A DNA stretch of 64,000 nucleotides, taken from the NCBI GenBank assembly GCA_030390025.1, contig JASTWF010000361.1, positions 372,001 through 436,000 on the forward strand. The letters are read 5' to 3'. This DNA comes from Squalus acanthias (lineage: Eukaryota). Every line of letters begins with the position of its first letter. The first letter of the stretch is position 1. The position numbers and the translations under genes are program-made. A model generated the notes under the pieces. The model did not search any database. It was not told the DNA's origin and saw only the letters and a list, made by a program, of their open reading frames with translations. Below, in pieces: positions 48,452-60,900 of this stretch.

Positions 48452-50263
48452 TCATTGGGTACTATTAGACGGTCCTGCGGCACCTACGGGGCCGGTTGCG
48501 ACCGCCACCTGTCCACGCGCATTCAAAACCATCTTGCGCATGGCTCCTAACACTGCTTCGAGGTCGTCGGGAGAGGTGGGTGCCTTTGCTTCCTTAGGCG
48601 GGACAGGCGCCTGGGCTCGGACCGCGGGATTTTTATCCTTGGAATCCTTCCAAGGGTTCCTGCAGTGCTTGCGCCAGTGCCCTGTCTTCCCACACCCGTA
48701 ACAGGCATTACTTGCCTGTGGGGCGCGATTACCCTCCTGATGCCACTCTCTTTGAGCCGGGGCTGCGGGTCGTACCTCATGTACTCTTCCCTTAAAGGGA
48801 CGTGTCGTCATACCCCTTATGTTACGGTAACCTAACGTAAGTCGATTCAAGACCGACTCTTCCGTAAGGTTGAGGTCATTGGGATCGAACCAGGCTTTTG
48901 CCTGCTCTCTAACGGCTGGTAAACTGTTGGCTATTATGCACCTAAGCCAATGAATTAAAGCGGCGCCTTCCACATCTTCGCGCTCGGGCGCACCTAGACA
49001 GCTGCGCTCATATACTGGCCACAGCCTGTCGGCAAAAACCTTCGGGGGTTCTCCCTCCATCTGCACTGTCTGTCCCACTCTAGCAAACGGACCTCCGTCG
49101 TTCGCCCCCACTACTTCTAGGACCTCATTTTTCAATTCCTCATAACTTTTATTTCCCCTCTTGCTCTCGCCTGAGAGACACTGAAGGACCGAGCTATCTA
49201 ACGAGAACAGCAGCATTTTTGCTGTCTCCCCATCATCGCAGCCGTTAATGGCTGCGGCTTGCTCAACTTCCCTGAAATGTACGGAAGGGTCGTCTATCTC
49301 GGTCAGCTTCCTTACGTGGTTTATCATGGCTCTCAGCTGATGTGAACTGTGAGGCAACACCAGCTGTCCGAGGAGATCCCCCGGTTCTTCCCCACCGTTT
49401 CTGCTTGGGCCCCTTTTAATCCCCGTTACTGGATACAACGATCCCTTTTCTACTTCCTTTTCAACGGGCTCTTTTGTTTCTTCCGTTGCTTCCTCCCTAA
49501 CCCAGGTTTCTGAATAGCTGGGTGGCGCGGAGGGCGCAGTGGCTACTACTTCTTCTGCTTTACTTGGTGGGGAATTTCTAAATCTCTCATTTACTAGCGG
49601 CTGGCGCGCCGACGGATTAATAAGGCACACCATGCCGTTCGCATTATTCACGGCCTTTTTGAGGCTCTCTATCTCTTTTTGGCAGGCGCTATGGTCGGCT
49701 CCCTGAAACTTATCCTCAAGGGCCAACTTATACGCCGACCTAACCCCCATTAAGCTCTCTTCTTGAGTTCTTATCTGGGCAGCTTGGCGGTTACATCTTT
49801 CCTTCATCCTACTCTCGTTCAATTTTGCTTCAGTGATCTGGCACTCGAGATACTCTACCCTTGTTTTAAGGTAACTGGAGACTTCCTGGCTTTCCTGGCG
49901 TAACTCATTTAAATTCTTAATGAGCACCTCCCCTCCAGAAACCTTCTCCTCCATTTCCTCCTCTAAATGCTTGATTCGAGCTGTTAGCGCTGTATTGGTC
50001 TGGTTTGAAATCTGAACCTGCCTTTTGTAGCACATAAGCCAGACTGCTTTCTCAACTGCCTTTTTATGCTCCTTACTATCTGTCCATCTTTCAGCTGCCT
50101 CTAGTGGGCTCTTATCCGCTAACAATTCGCTTATCCACTTTTTAGTTAGATTAACCTTTCCAAACACGTAATCCGCTATCTTTTCCTGCATAACATTTCG
50201 TACAGTCATTCCAAAATCTAACACACTACCCTCTCGCTGCCAGCCTCGTGCCGCGGTCGCCAT
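48452..50263 (-). CDS. gag: Gag-like protein, 603 aa
   Basis: First ORF after the 5' LTR. Long coiled-coil, PSAPPSY late motif (49514-49534), capsid-like QMEGEPPKVFADRL segment, CX2CX4HX4C knuckle CYGCGKTGHWRKHC (48662-48703). Confidence 0.88.
   Translation of the reverse strand: MATAARGWQREGSVLDFGMTVRNVMQEKIADYVFGKVNLTKKWISELLADKSPLEAAERWTDSKEHKKAVEKAVWLMCYKRQVQISNQTNTALTARIKHLEEEMEEKVSGGEVLIKNLNELRQESQEVSSYLKTRVEYLECQITEAKLNESRMKERCNRQAAQIRTQEESLMGVRSAYKLALEDKFQGADHSACQKEIESLKKAVNNANGMVCLINPSARQPLVNERFRNSPPSKAEEVVATAPSAPPSYSETWVREEATEETKEPVEKEVEKGSLYPVTGIKRGPSRNGGEEPGDLLGQLVLPHSSHQLRAMINHVRKLTEIDDPSVHFREVEQAAAINGCDDGETAKMLLFSLDSSVLQCLSGESKRGNKSYEELKNEVLEVVGANDGGPFARVGQTVQMEGEPPKVFADRLWPVYERSCLGAPEREDVEGAALIHWLRCIIANSLPAVREQAKAWFDPNDLNLTEESVLNRLTLGYRNIRGMTTRPFKGRVHEVRPAAPAQREWHQEGNRAPQASNACYGCGKTGHWRKHCRNPWKDSKDKNPAVRAQAPVPPKEAKAPTSPDDLEAVLGAMRKMVLNARGQVAVATGPVGAAGPSNSTQ
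50245..50262 (-). promoter_or_regulatory. Putative primer-binding site
   Basis: TGGCGACCGCGGCACGAG starts 5 nt after the 5' LTR. The TGG start fits a tRNA CCA end. Partial resemblance to tRNA-Ser-type PBS; the tRNA is not assigned. Confidence 0.55.
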
Positions 50264-50267
50264 TTTC

Positions 50268-51991
50268 TGTAAGGGATTCTCTCCTGACCCTGCGTGTCTC
50301 GTAGCCTGTGAGGTTCACGCGGCTCTGTGCAGCCTGTATGTCAGTGCGGGTCTAGGCCTGGTCTCCAGCCAGTCTGGGAACACTAGACACCCCTGTGAGT
50401 GGTTCGAATCACTCTCCCTTACGGTTCTAGACACTGGACTTAGATGCGAGAGCAGTAATGGAGATAAAACTCATGTAGACTTGGTTTGAATGGTACGAAA
50501 TGGAAAATCTTTATTGCATGATGCTTAAAATTATGAAATACATGTCATACGCACAGATTAATGACAGTACAATCTTACAAACAGTTATAATCACTCTTAG
50601 GGAAACGAGGAACGAACGGCACAACGTAAATAGGGCACACATTACAAATATCCTTAATCTTTAAACCCTCCCCTATCAATATCTATCCTAAACTAGCTTC
50701 GTAGGATCTCGAGACTCATGCTCACCACTCGTAATAACTCGGAGAAATCCCGAATAGCTGATCGGATGTTTTTCACCGCAGCACCCACGTGTTGGTCAGG
50801 AGATCTCCTGGTCCCACTTGTTTACTGCTTCTGCTGCTCGGTCAGTCGGCTGGACCGTCCGCTGTAGTGAAGACCTCTGTTGGTGGACTTCACAGTTTAG
50901 TCGAGGAGCACCGTTGTCAATATCACTGATACGATGTGTTTGCACAGTCCAGTTATCATTGATGCAATATGTTTTGTTAGAAGTTTTTAAAGAAGAAAAC
51001 TTCCTGGCGAGAAAACTTGGCTGATCGACCTACAGGCGCGGTCGGGATTTACTGACCGTGGCGATGGATATGGTCTTCTTCTCTTCTCCTCTCATCTCAT
51101 CTCATCTCATCTCATCTCATCTCGGGCCTTTGGTTCCGCTGCCAGCTACCAACATAGGTCTTCGTTACGCGACACGAGGTAGATCCGAACGGATCAGAAA
51201 GTTCAACAGTCTTTTCAGAAGAGGCAACAGGCACGCAGAAGCCCAACTACGAGCACACAGGAGCAGCCACGAGGTTACGAATCGACCGGATAAAACACAG
51301 GAGCAGCCACGATGATAAAAGCAGCAAGCGAGCAAGAGGCAAGAGTCAAGAGACAAGAGAAAGAATGGACGGTTTGGAGCCCGCAATTATAGTGCAAAAA
51401 TCTTCCGTTTCCTGCCCAACTATAATGTCCATTCTTTTGTTTAGGGTTTGGCGCCCAAATGTCTTGTATGGGTGATCTCCGTCCTTAATGGGTTTCGGGG
51501 CTACTCATGAATGTTTGAGTACCTGTTAATACTTCTCCCATTGTTAAATCGGTCGGTGTTCTCCCTGGAGGGGTTTGGGGCTTCCAAGTGTCCTGTATAA
51601 CTACCTGCTAACGGCTCTCTCATCGTAGAGTCGTTGGGAGTTTACATATTAATGTCCTTTGGATGGGCCCTTGATTACTCGGTACAATGGCTTTCCTTTG
51701 TACCTGGGAGACCGATTCCAGTATCTATGTTTATACTGCAAACCCATAATGTCTCGTGTATTATCTTCACTGTGCTGAATCGTTATCGATCTTGCACAAA
51801 TGTTTAATGGAACGCCATCTTGTCTGCCTGTTGAAAGGTCTAGAACGTTCTGTCACGAGGTGCGGCGGCCATTTTACAGGCTGCTTGTGTCCAATTTAAA
51901 CCTGACAGCATTCTGCTGAAATAAAAGCTGTTTGAACGAAACTTTGTGTTTTCTCCTTATTAATCAAATCGCGATAATTGCGAATTCTACA
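50268..51991 (-). repeat. 5' LTR
   Basis: Same length as 42501-44224. The short ORFs in both copies translate identically. Confidence 0.95.
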
Positions 51992-54900
51992 GGAGCAGGA
52001 ACCCTGGCTGATTTCCTCTCTCTCTAACCCAGGGGTCACTGGGCAGTGATCAGGAGCAGGAACCCTGGCTGGTTTCCCCTCTCTCTAACCCAGGGGACAA
52101 TGGACAGTGATCAGGAAACCTGGCTGATTTCCCCTCTCTGTAACCCAGGAGACAATGGACAGTGATCAGGAGCAGGAACCCTGGCTGATTTCCCCTTTCT
52201 GTAACGCAGGTGTCACTGGACACTGATCAGGAGCAGGAACCCTGTCTGATTTCACCTCTCTCTAACCCAGGTGTCACTGGGCAGTGATCAGGAACCCGGG
52301 CTGATTTCCCCTCTCTCTAACCCAGGAGACACTGGACAGTGATCAGGAGCAGGAAACCTGGCTGATATCCCCTCTCTCTAACCCAGGGGACACATGGACA
52401 GTGATCAGGAGCAGGAACCCTGGCTGATTTCACCTCTCTCTAACCCAGGGGTCATTGGACAGTGATCAGGAAACCTGGCTGATTTCCCCTCTCTCTAAAC
52501 CAGGGGTCACTGGGCAGTGATCAGGAGCAGGCACCCTGGCTGATTTCCCCTATCTCTAACCCAGGGGGTCACTGAACAGTGATGAGGAGCAGGAACCCTG
52601 GCTGATGTCCCCTCTCTCTAACCCAGGGGTCACTGAGAAGTGATCAGCAGCAGGAACCCTGGCTGATTTCCCCTCTTTCTAACCCAGGGGTCACTGGACA
52701 GTAATCAGGAGCAGCAACGCGGGCTGATATACCTTCTCTCTAACCCAGGGGTCACTGGAAAGTGATCAGGAACAGGAATCCTGGCTGATTTCCTCTCTCT
52801 CTAACCCAGGGGTCACTGGGCAGTGATCAGGAGCAGGAACCCTGGCTGATTTCCCCTCTCTCTAACCCAGGGGTCACTGGGCAGTGATCAGGAGCAGGAA
52901 CCCGGGCTGATTTCCCTTCTCTCTAAACCAGGGGTCACTGGGCAGTGATCAGGAGCAGGAACCCTGCCTGATTTCCCCTCTCTGTAACCCAGGCGTCACT
53001 GGACAGTGATCAGGAGCAGGAAACCTGGCTGATTTCCCCTCTCTGTAACCCAGGGGTCACTGGACAGTGATCAGGAGCAGGAACCCTGGCTGATTTCCCC
53101 TCTCTGTAAACCGGGGTCACTGGACAGTGATCAGGAGCAGGAACCCTGGCTGATTTCCCCTCTCTCTAACCCAGGGGTCACTGGACAGTGATCAGGAAAC
53201 CTGGCTGATTTCCCCTCTCTCTGAACCAGAGGTCACTGGGCAGTGATGAGGAGCAGGAAACCTGGCTGATTTCTTCTCTCTCTAACATAGGGGACACTGG
53301 AGATTGATCAGGAAACCTGTCTGATTTCCCCTCTCTCTAACCCAGGGCTGACTGGAAAGTGATGAGGAGCAGGAACCCTGGCGGATTTCCCCTCTTTCTA
53401 ACCCAGGGGTCACTGAACAGTGATCAGGAGCAGGAACCCTGGCTGATTTCCCCTCTTTCTAACCCAGGGGTCACTGGAAAGTGATGAGGAGCAGGAACCC
53501 TGGCGGATTTCCCCTCTTTCTAACCCAGGGGTCACTGAACAGTGATCAGGAGCAGGAACCCTGGCTGGTTTCCCCTCACTCTAACCCAGGGGACAATGGA
53601 CAGTGATCAGGAAACCTGGCTGATTTCCCCTCTCTGTAACCCAGGAGACAATGGACAGTGATCAGGAGCAGGAAACCTGGCTGATTTCCCCTCTCTCTAA
53701 CCCAGGGGTCACTGGGCAGTGATGAGGAGCAGGAACCCTGGCTGATTCCCCTCTCTCTAACATAGCGGACACTGGAGATTGATCAGGAAACCTGTCTGAT
53801 TTCCCCTCTCTCTAACCCAGGGATGACTGGACAGTGATGAGGAGCAGGAACCCTGGCTGATTTCCCCTCTCTCTAACCCAGGGGTCACTGGGAAGTGATC
53901 AGCAGCATGAACCCTGGCTGATTTCCCCTCTTTCTAACCCAGGGGTCACTGGACAGTGATCAGGAGCAGGAACCCTGGCTGATTTCCTCTCTCTAACCCA
54001 GGGGTCACTGGGCAGTGATCAGGAGCAGGAACCTTGGCTGATTCCCCCTCTCTCTAACCCAGGGGTCACTGGGCAGTGATCAGGAACCCGGGCTGATTTC
54101 CCCTCTCTCTAACCCAGGAGACACTGGACAGTGATCAGGAGCAGGAAACCTGGCTGATATCCCCTCTCTCTAACCCAGGGGACACATGGACAGTGATCAG
54201 GAGCAGGAACCCTGGCTGATTTCACCTCTCTCTAACCCATGGGTCATTGGACAGTGATCAGGAAACCTGGCTGATTTCCCCTCTCTCTAAACCAGGGGTC
54301 ACTGGGCAGTGATCAGGAGCAGGCACCCTGGCTGATTTCCCCTATCTCTAACCCAGGGGGTCACTGAACAGTGATGAGGAGCAGGAACCCTGGCTGATGT
54401 CCCCTCTCTCTAACCCAGGGGTCACTGAGAAGTGATCAGCAGCAGGAACCCTGGCTGATTTCCTCTCTCTCTAACCCAGGGGTCACTGGGCAGTGATCAG
54501 GAGCAGGAACCCAGTCTGATTTCCCCTCTCTCTAACCCAGGGGACACTGGACAGTGATCAGGAGCAGGAACCCTGGCTGATTTCCCCTCTCTATAACCCA
54601 GGTGTCACTGGGCAGTGGTCAGGAACCCGGGCTGATTTCCCATCTCTCTAACCCAGGAGACACTGGACAGTGATCAGGAGCAGGCACCCTGGCTGATTTC
54701 CCCTAACTCTAACCCAGGGGGTCACTGGGCAGTGATGAGGAGCAGGAACCCTGGCTGATGTCCCCTCTCTCTAACCCAGGGGTCACTGAGAAGTGATCAG
54801 CAGCAGGAACCCTGGCTGATTTCCCCTCTTTCTAACCCAGGGGTCACTGGACAGTAATCAGGAGCAGCAACGCGGGCTGATATCCCTTCTCTCTAACCGA

Positions 54901-57900
54901 GGGGTCACTGGACAGTGATCAGGAGCAGGAACCCTGGCTGGTTTCCCCTCTCTCTAACCCAGGGGACAATGGACAGTGATCAGGAAACCTGGCTGATTTC
55001 CCCTCTCTGTAACCCAGGAGACAATGGACAGTGATCAGGAGCAGGAAACCCTGGCTGATTTCCCCTCTCTGTAACGCAGGTGTCACTGGACAGTGATCAG
55101 GAGCAGGAACCCTGTCTGATATCCCCTCTCTCTAACCCAGGGGACACTGGACAGTGATCGTGATCAGGAAACCTGGCTGATTTCCCCTCTCTCTAAACCA
55201 GGGGGTCACTGGGCACTGATCCGGAGCAGGCACCCTGGCTGATTTCCCCTCTCTCTAACCCAGGGGTCACTGGGCAGTGATGAGGAGCAGGAACCCTGGC
55301 TGATTCCCCTCTCTCTAACATAGCGGACACTGGAGATTGATCAGGAAACCTGTCTGATTTCCCCTCTCTCTAACCCAGGGATGACTGGACAGTGATGAGG
55401 AGCAGGAACCCTGGCTGATTTCCCCTCTCTCTAACCCAGGGGTCACTGGGAAGTGATCAGCAGCATGAACCCTGGCTGATTTCCCCTCTTTCTAACCCAG
55501 GGGTCACTGGACAGTGATCAGGAAACCTGTCTGATTTCCCCTCTCTCTAACCCAGGGATGACTGGACAGTGATGAGGAGCAGGAAACCTGGCTGATTTCC
55601 CCTCTCTGTAACCCAGGAGACAATGGACAGTGATCAGGAGCAGGAACCCTGGCTGATTTCCCCTCTCTGTAACGCAGGTGTCACTGGACACTGATCAGGA
55701 GCAGGAACCCTGGCTGATTTCCCCTCTCTCTAACACAGGGGTCACTGGACAGTGATCAGGAGCAGGAACCCTGGCTGATTTCCCCTCTCTCTAACCCAGG
55801 GGTCACTGGACAGTGATCAGGAAACCTGGCTGATTTCCCCTCTCTCTAAACCAGGGGTCACTGGGCACTGATCCAGAGCAGGCACCCTGGCTGATTTCCC
55901 CTCTCTCTAACCCAGGGGTCACTGGGCAGTGATGAGGAGCAGGAACCCTGGCTGATTCCCCTCTCTCTAACATAGCGGACACTGGAGATTGATCAGGAAA
56001 CCTGTCTGATTTCCCCTCTCTCTAACCCAGGGATGACTGGACAGTGATGAGGAGCAGGAACCCTGGCTGATTTCCCCTCTCTCTAACCCAGGGGTCACTG
56101 GGAAGTGATCAGCAGCATGAACCCTGGCTGATTTCCCCTCTTTCTAACCCAGGGGTCACTGGACAGTGATCAGGAGCAGGAACCCTGGCTGATTTCCTCT
56201 CTCTAACCAAGGGGTCACTGGGCAGTGATCAGGAGCAGGAACCCTGGCTGGTTTCCCCTCTCTCTAACCCAGGGGACAATGGACAGTGATCAGGAACCCT
56301 GGCTGATTTCCCTTCTCTCTAACCCAGGGGTCACTGAACAGTGATCAGGAGCAGGAACCTTGGCTGATTCCCCCTCTCTCTAACCCAGGGGTCACTGGGC
56401 AGTGATCAGCAACCCTGGCTGATTTCCCCTCTCTCTAACCCAGGAGACACTGGACAGTGATCAGGAGCAGGAAACCTGGCTGATTTCCCCTCTCTCTAAC
56501 CCAGGGGTCAGTGGACAGTGATCAGGAAACCTGGCTGATTTCCCCTCTCTCTAAACCAGGGGTCACTGGGCAGTGATCAGGAGCAGGCACCCTGGCTGAT
56601 TTCCCCTATCTCTAACCCAGGGGTCACTGGGAAGTGATCAGCAGCAGGAACCCTGGCTGATTTCCCCTCTTTCTAACCCAGGGGTCACTGGACAGTAATC
56701 AGGAGCAGCAACGCGGGCTGATATCCCTTCTCTCTAACCCAGGGCTGACTGGGCAGTGATCAGGAGCAGGAACCCTGTCTGATATCCCCTCACTCTAACC
56801 CAGGGGTCACTGAACAGTGATCAGGAGCAGGAACCCTGACTGATTTCCTCTCTCTCTAAACCAGGGGTCACTGGGCAGTGATCAGGAGCAGGAACCCTGG
56901 CTGATTTCCCCTCTCTGTAACGCAGGTGTCACTGGACACTGATCAGGAGCAGGAACCCTGGCTGATTTAACCTCTCTCTAACCCAGGTGTCACTGGGCAG
57001 TGATCAGGAACCCGGGCTGATTTCCCCTCTTTCTAACCCAGGGGTCACTGGACAGTGATCAGGAGCAGGAACCCTGTCTGATATCCCCTCTCTCTAACCC
57101 AGGGGACACTGGACAGTGATCAGGAGCACGAACCCTGGCTGATTTCCCCTCTCTCTAACCCAGGGGACACTGGACAGTGATCGTGATCAGGAAACCTGGC
57201 TGATTTCCCCTCTCTCTAAACCAGGGGTCACTGGGCACTGATCCGGAGCAGGCACCCTGGCTGATTTCCCCTCTCTCTAACCCAGGGGTCACTGGGCAGT
57301 GATGAGGAGCAGGAACCCTGGCTGATTCCCCTCTCTCTAACATAGCGGACACTGGAGATTGATCAGGAAACCTGTCTGATTTCCCCTCTCTCTAACCCAG
57401 GGATGACTGGACAGTGATGAGGAGCAGGAACCCTGGCTGATTTCCCCTCTCTCTAACCCAGGGGTCACTGGGAAGTGATCAGCAGCATGAACCCTGGCTG
57501 ATATCCCCTCTCTCTAACCCAGGGGACAATGGACAGTGATCAGGAACCCTGGCGGATGTCCCCTCTCTCTAAACCAGGGGTCACTGGACAGTGATCAGGA
57601 GCAGGAACCCTGGCTGATATCCCCTCTCTCTAACCCAGGGGACACATGGACAGTGATCAGGAGCAGGAACCCTGGCTGATTTCCCCTCTCTCTAACCCAG
57701 GGGTCATTGGACAGTGATCAGGAAACCTGGCTGATTTCCCCACTCTCTAAACCAGGGGTCACTGGGCAGTGATCAGGAGCAGGCACCCTGGCTGGTTTCC
57801 CCTATCTCTAACCCAGGGGTCACTGGACAGTGATCAGGAGCAGGAAACCTGGCTGATATCCCCTCTCTCTAACCCAGGGGACAATGGACAGTGATGAGGA

Positions 57901-60900
57901 ACCCTGGCGGATGTCCTCTCTCTCTAAACCAGGGGCCACTGGACAGTGATCAGTAGCAGGAACCCTGGCTGATTCCCCCTCTCTCTAACCCAGGGGTCAC
58001 TGGGCAGTGATCAGGAACCCGGTCTGATTTCCCCTCTCTCTAACCCAGGAGACACTGGACAGTGATCAGGAGCAGGAACCCGTGCTGATTTCCTCTGTTT
58101 CTAACCCAGGGGTCACTGGACAGTGATCAGGAGCAGGAAACCTGGCTGATATCCCCTCTCTCTAACCCAGGGGAAACATGGACAGTGATCAGGAGCCGGA
58201 ACCCTGGCTGATTTCCCCTCTCTCTAACCCAGGGGTCATTGGACAGTGATCAGGAAACCTGGCTGATTTCCCCTCTCTCTAAACCAGGGGTCACTGGGCA
58301 GTGATCAGGAGCAGGCACCCTGGCTGATTTCCCCTATCTCTAACCCAGGGGTCACTGGGCAGTGATGAGGAGCAGGAACCCTGGCTGATGTCCCCTCTCT
58401 CTAACCCAGGGGTCACTGGGAAGTGATCAGCAGCAGGAACCCTGGCTGATTTCCCCTCTTTCTAACCCAGGGGTCACTGGACAGTAATCAGGAGCAGCAA
58501 CGCGGGCTGATATCCCTTCTCTCTAACCCAGGGGTCACTGGAAAGTGATCAGGAACAGGAATCCTGGCTGATTTCCTCTCTCTCTAACCCAGGGGTCACT
58601 GGGCAGTGATCAGGAGCAGGAACCCTGGCTGATTTCCCCTCTCTCTAACCCAGGGGTCACTGGGCAGTGATCAGGAGCAGGAACCCTGGCTGGTTTCCCC
58701 TCTCTCTAACCCAGCGGACAATGGACAGTGATCAGGAACCCTGGCTGATGTACCCTCTCTCTAAACCAGGGGTCACTGGGCAGTAATTAGGAGCAGGAAC
58801 CCAGTCTGATTTCCCCTCTCTCTAACCCAGGGGACACTGGACAGTGATCAGGAACCCTGGCTGATTTCCTCTCTCTAACCCAGGAGACACTGGACAGTGA
58901 TCAGGAGCAGGAACCCTGGCTGATTTCCCCTCTCTGTAACCCAGGCGTCACTGGACAGTGATCAGGAGCAGGAACCCTGGTTGATTTCCCCTCTTTCTAA
59001 CCCAGGGGTCACTGGACAGTGATCAGGAGCAGGAACCCTGGCTGATTTCCCTTCTCTCTAAACCAGGGGTCACTGGGCAGTGATCAGGAACCTGGGCTGA
59101 TTTCCCCTCTCTGTAACCCAGGGGTCACTGGACAGTGATCAGGAGCAGGAAACCAGGCAGATTTCCCCTCTCTGTAACCCAGGGGTCACTGGACAGTGAT
59201 CAGGAGCAGCAACCCTGGCTGATTTCCCCTCTCTGTAAACCGGGGTCACTGGACAGTGATCAGGAGCAGGAACCCTGGCTGATTTCCCCTCTCTCTAACC
59301 CAGGGGTCACTGGACAGTGATCAGGAAACCTGGCAGATTTCCCCTCTCTCGAAACCAGGGGTCACTGGGCACTGATCAGGAGCAGGAACCCTGGCTGATT
59401 TCCTCTCTCTCTAACCCAGGGGTCACTGGGCAGTGATCAGGAGCAGGAACACTGGCTGGTTTCCCCTCACTCTAACCCAGGGGACAATGGACAGTGATCA
59501 GGAACCTGAGCTGATTTCCCCTCTCTGTAACCAAGGAGACAATGGACAGTGATCAGGAGCAGGAACCCTGGCTGATTTCCCCTCTCTGTAACGCAGGTGT
59601 CACTGGACAGTGATGAGGAGCAGGAACCCTGGCTGATTTCCCCTCTCTCTAACACAGGGGTCACTGGACAGTGATCAGGAGCAGGAACCCGGGATGATAT
59701 CCCTTCTCTCTAACCCAGGGGTCACTGGACAGTGATCAGGAGCAGGAACCCTGGCTGATTGCCCCTCTCTGTAACGCAGGGGTCACTGGGCAGTGATCAG
59801 GAACAGGAACCTTGGCTGATTCCCCGTCTCTTTAACCCAGGGATCACTGGGCCGTGATGAGGAGCAGGAACCCTGGCTGAATACCCCTCTCTCTAACCCA
59901 GGGGTCACTGGGCAGTGTTTCAGGAACCCGGGCTGATTTCCCCTCTCTCTAACCCAGGAGACCCTGGACAGTGATCAGGAACAGGAACCCTGGCTGATAT
60001 CCCCTCTCTGTAACCCAGGGGTCACTGGGCAGTGATCAGGAGCAGGAACCCTGGCTGATTTCCCCTCTTTCTTACCCAGGGGTCACTGGACAGTGATCAG
60101 GAGCAGGAACCCTGTCTGATATCCCCTCTCTCTAACCCAGGGGACACTGGACAGTGATCAGGAGCAGGAACCCTGGCTGATTTCCCCTCTCTCTAACCCA
60201 GGGGTCACTGGACAGTGATCAGGAAACCTGACTGATTTCCACTCTCTCTAAACCAGGGGTCACTGGGCACTGATCCGGAGCAGGCATCCTGGCTGATTTC
60301 CCCTCTCTCTGACCCAGGGGTCACTGGGCAGTGATGAGGAGCAGGAACCCTGGCTGATTTCCCCTCTCTCTAACATAGGGGACACTGGAGATTGATCAGG
60401 AAACCTGCCTGATTTCCCCTCTCTCTAACCCAGGGATGACTGGACAGTGATGAGGAGCAGGAACCCTGGCTGATTTCCCCTCTTTCTTACCCAGGGGTCA
60501 CTGGACAGTGATCAGGAGCAGGAACCCTGGCTGATTTCCCCTCTTTCTAACCCAGGGGTCACTGGACAGTAATCAGGAGCAGCAACGCGGGCTGATATCC
60601 CTTCTCTCTAACCCAGGGGTCACTGGAAAGTGATCAGGAACAGGAATCCTGGCTGATTTCCTCCCTCTCTAACCCAGGGGTCACTGGGCAGTGATCAGGA
60701 GCAGGAACCCTGGCTGATTTCCCCTCTCTCTATCCCAGGGGTCACTGGGCAGTGATCAGGAGCAGGAACCCTGGCTGATTTCCCCTCTCTCTAAGCCAGG
60801 GGTCACTGGGCAGTGATCAGGAGCAGGAACCCTGGCTGGTTTCCCCTCACTCTAACCCAGCGGACAATGGACAGTGATCAGGAACCCTGGCTGATGTACC

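Larger units (their letters stand above)
42501..51991 (-). mobile_element. LTR retroelement / endogenous retrovirus-like provirus, gag-ORFX-env, lacking pol
   Basis: Two 1724-bp direct repeats with TGTA...TACA ends, 4-bp TSD GGAG (42497-42500 and 51992-51995), and three long minus-strand ORFs. Confidence 0.95.

Noticed and set aside
44954..48780. Plus-strand and alternative-frame ORFs overlapping env, ORFX and gag
   Set aside because: They are shadow ORFs of GC-rich coding sequence with no motifs; none contains protease, RT or integrase signatures.
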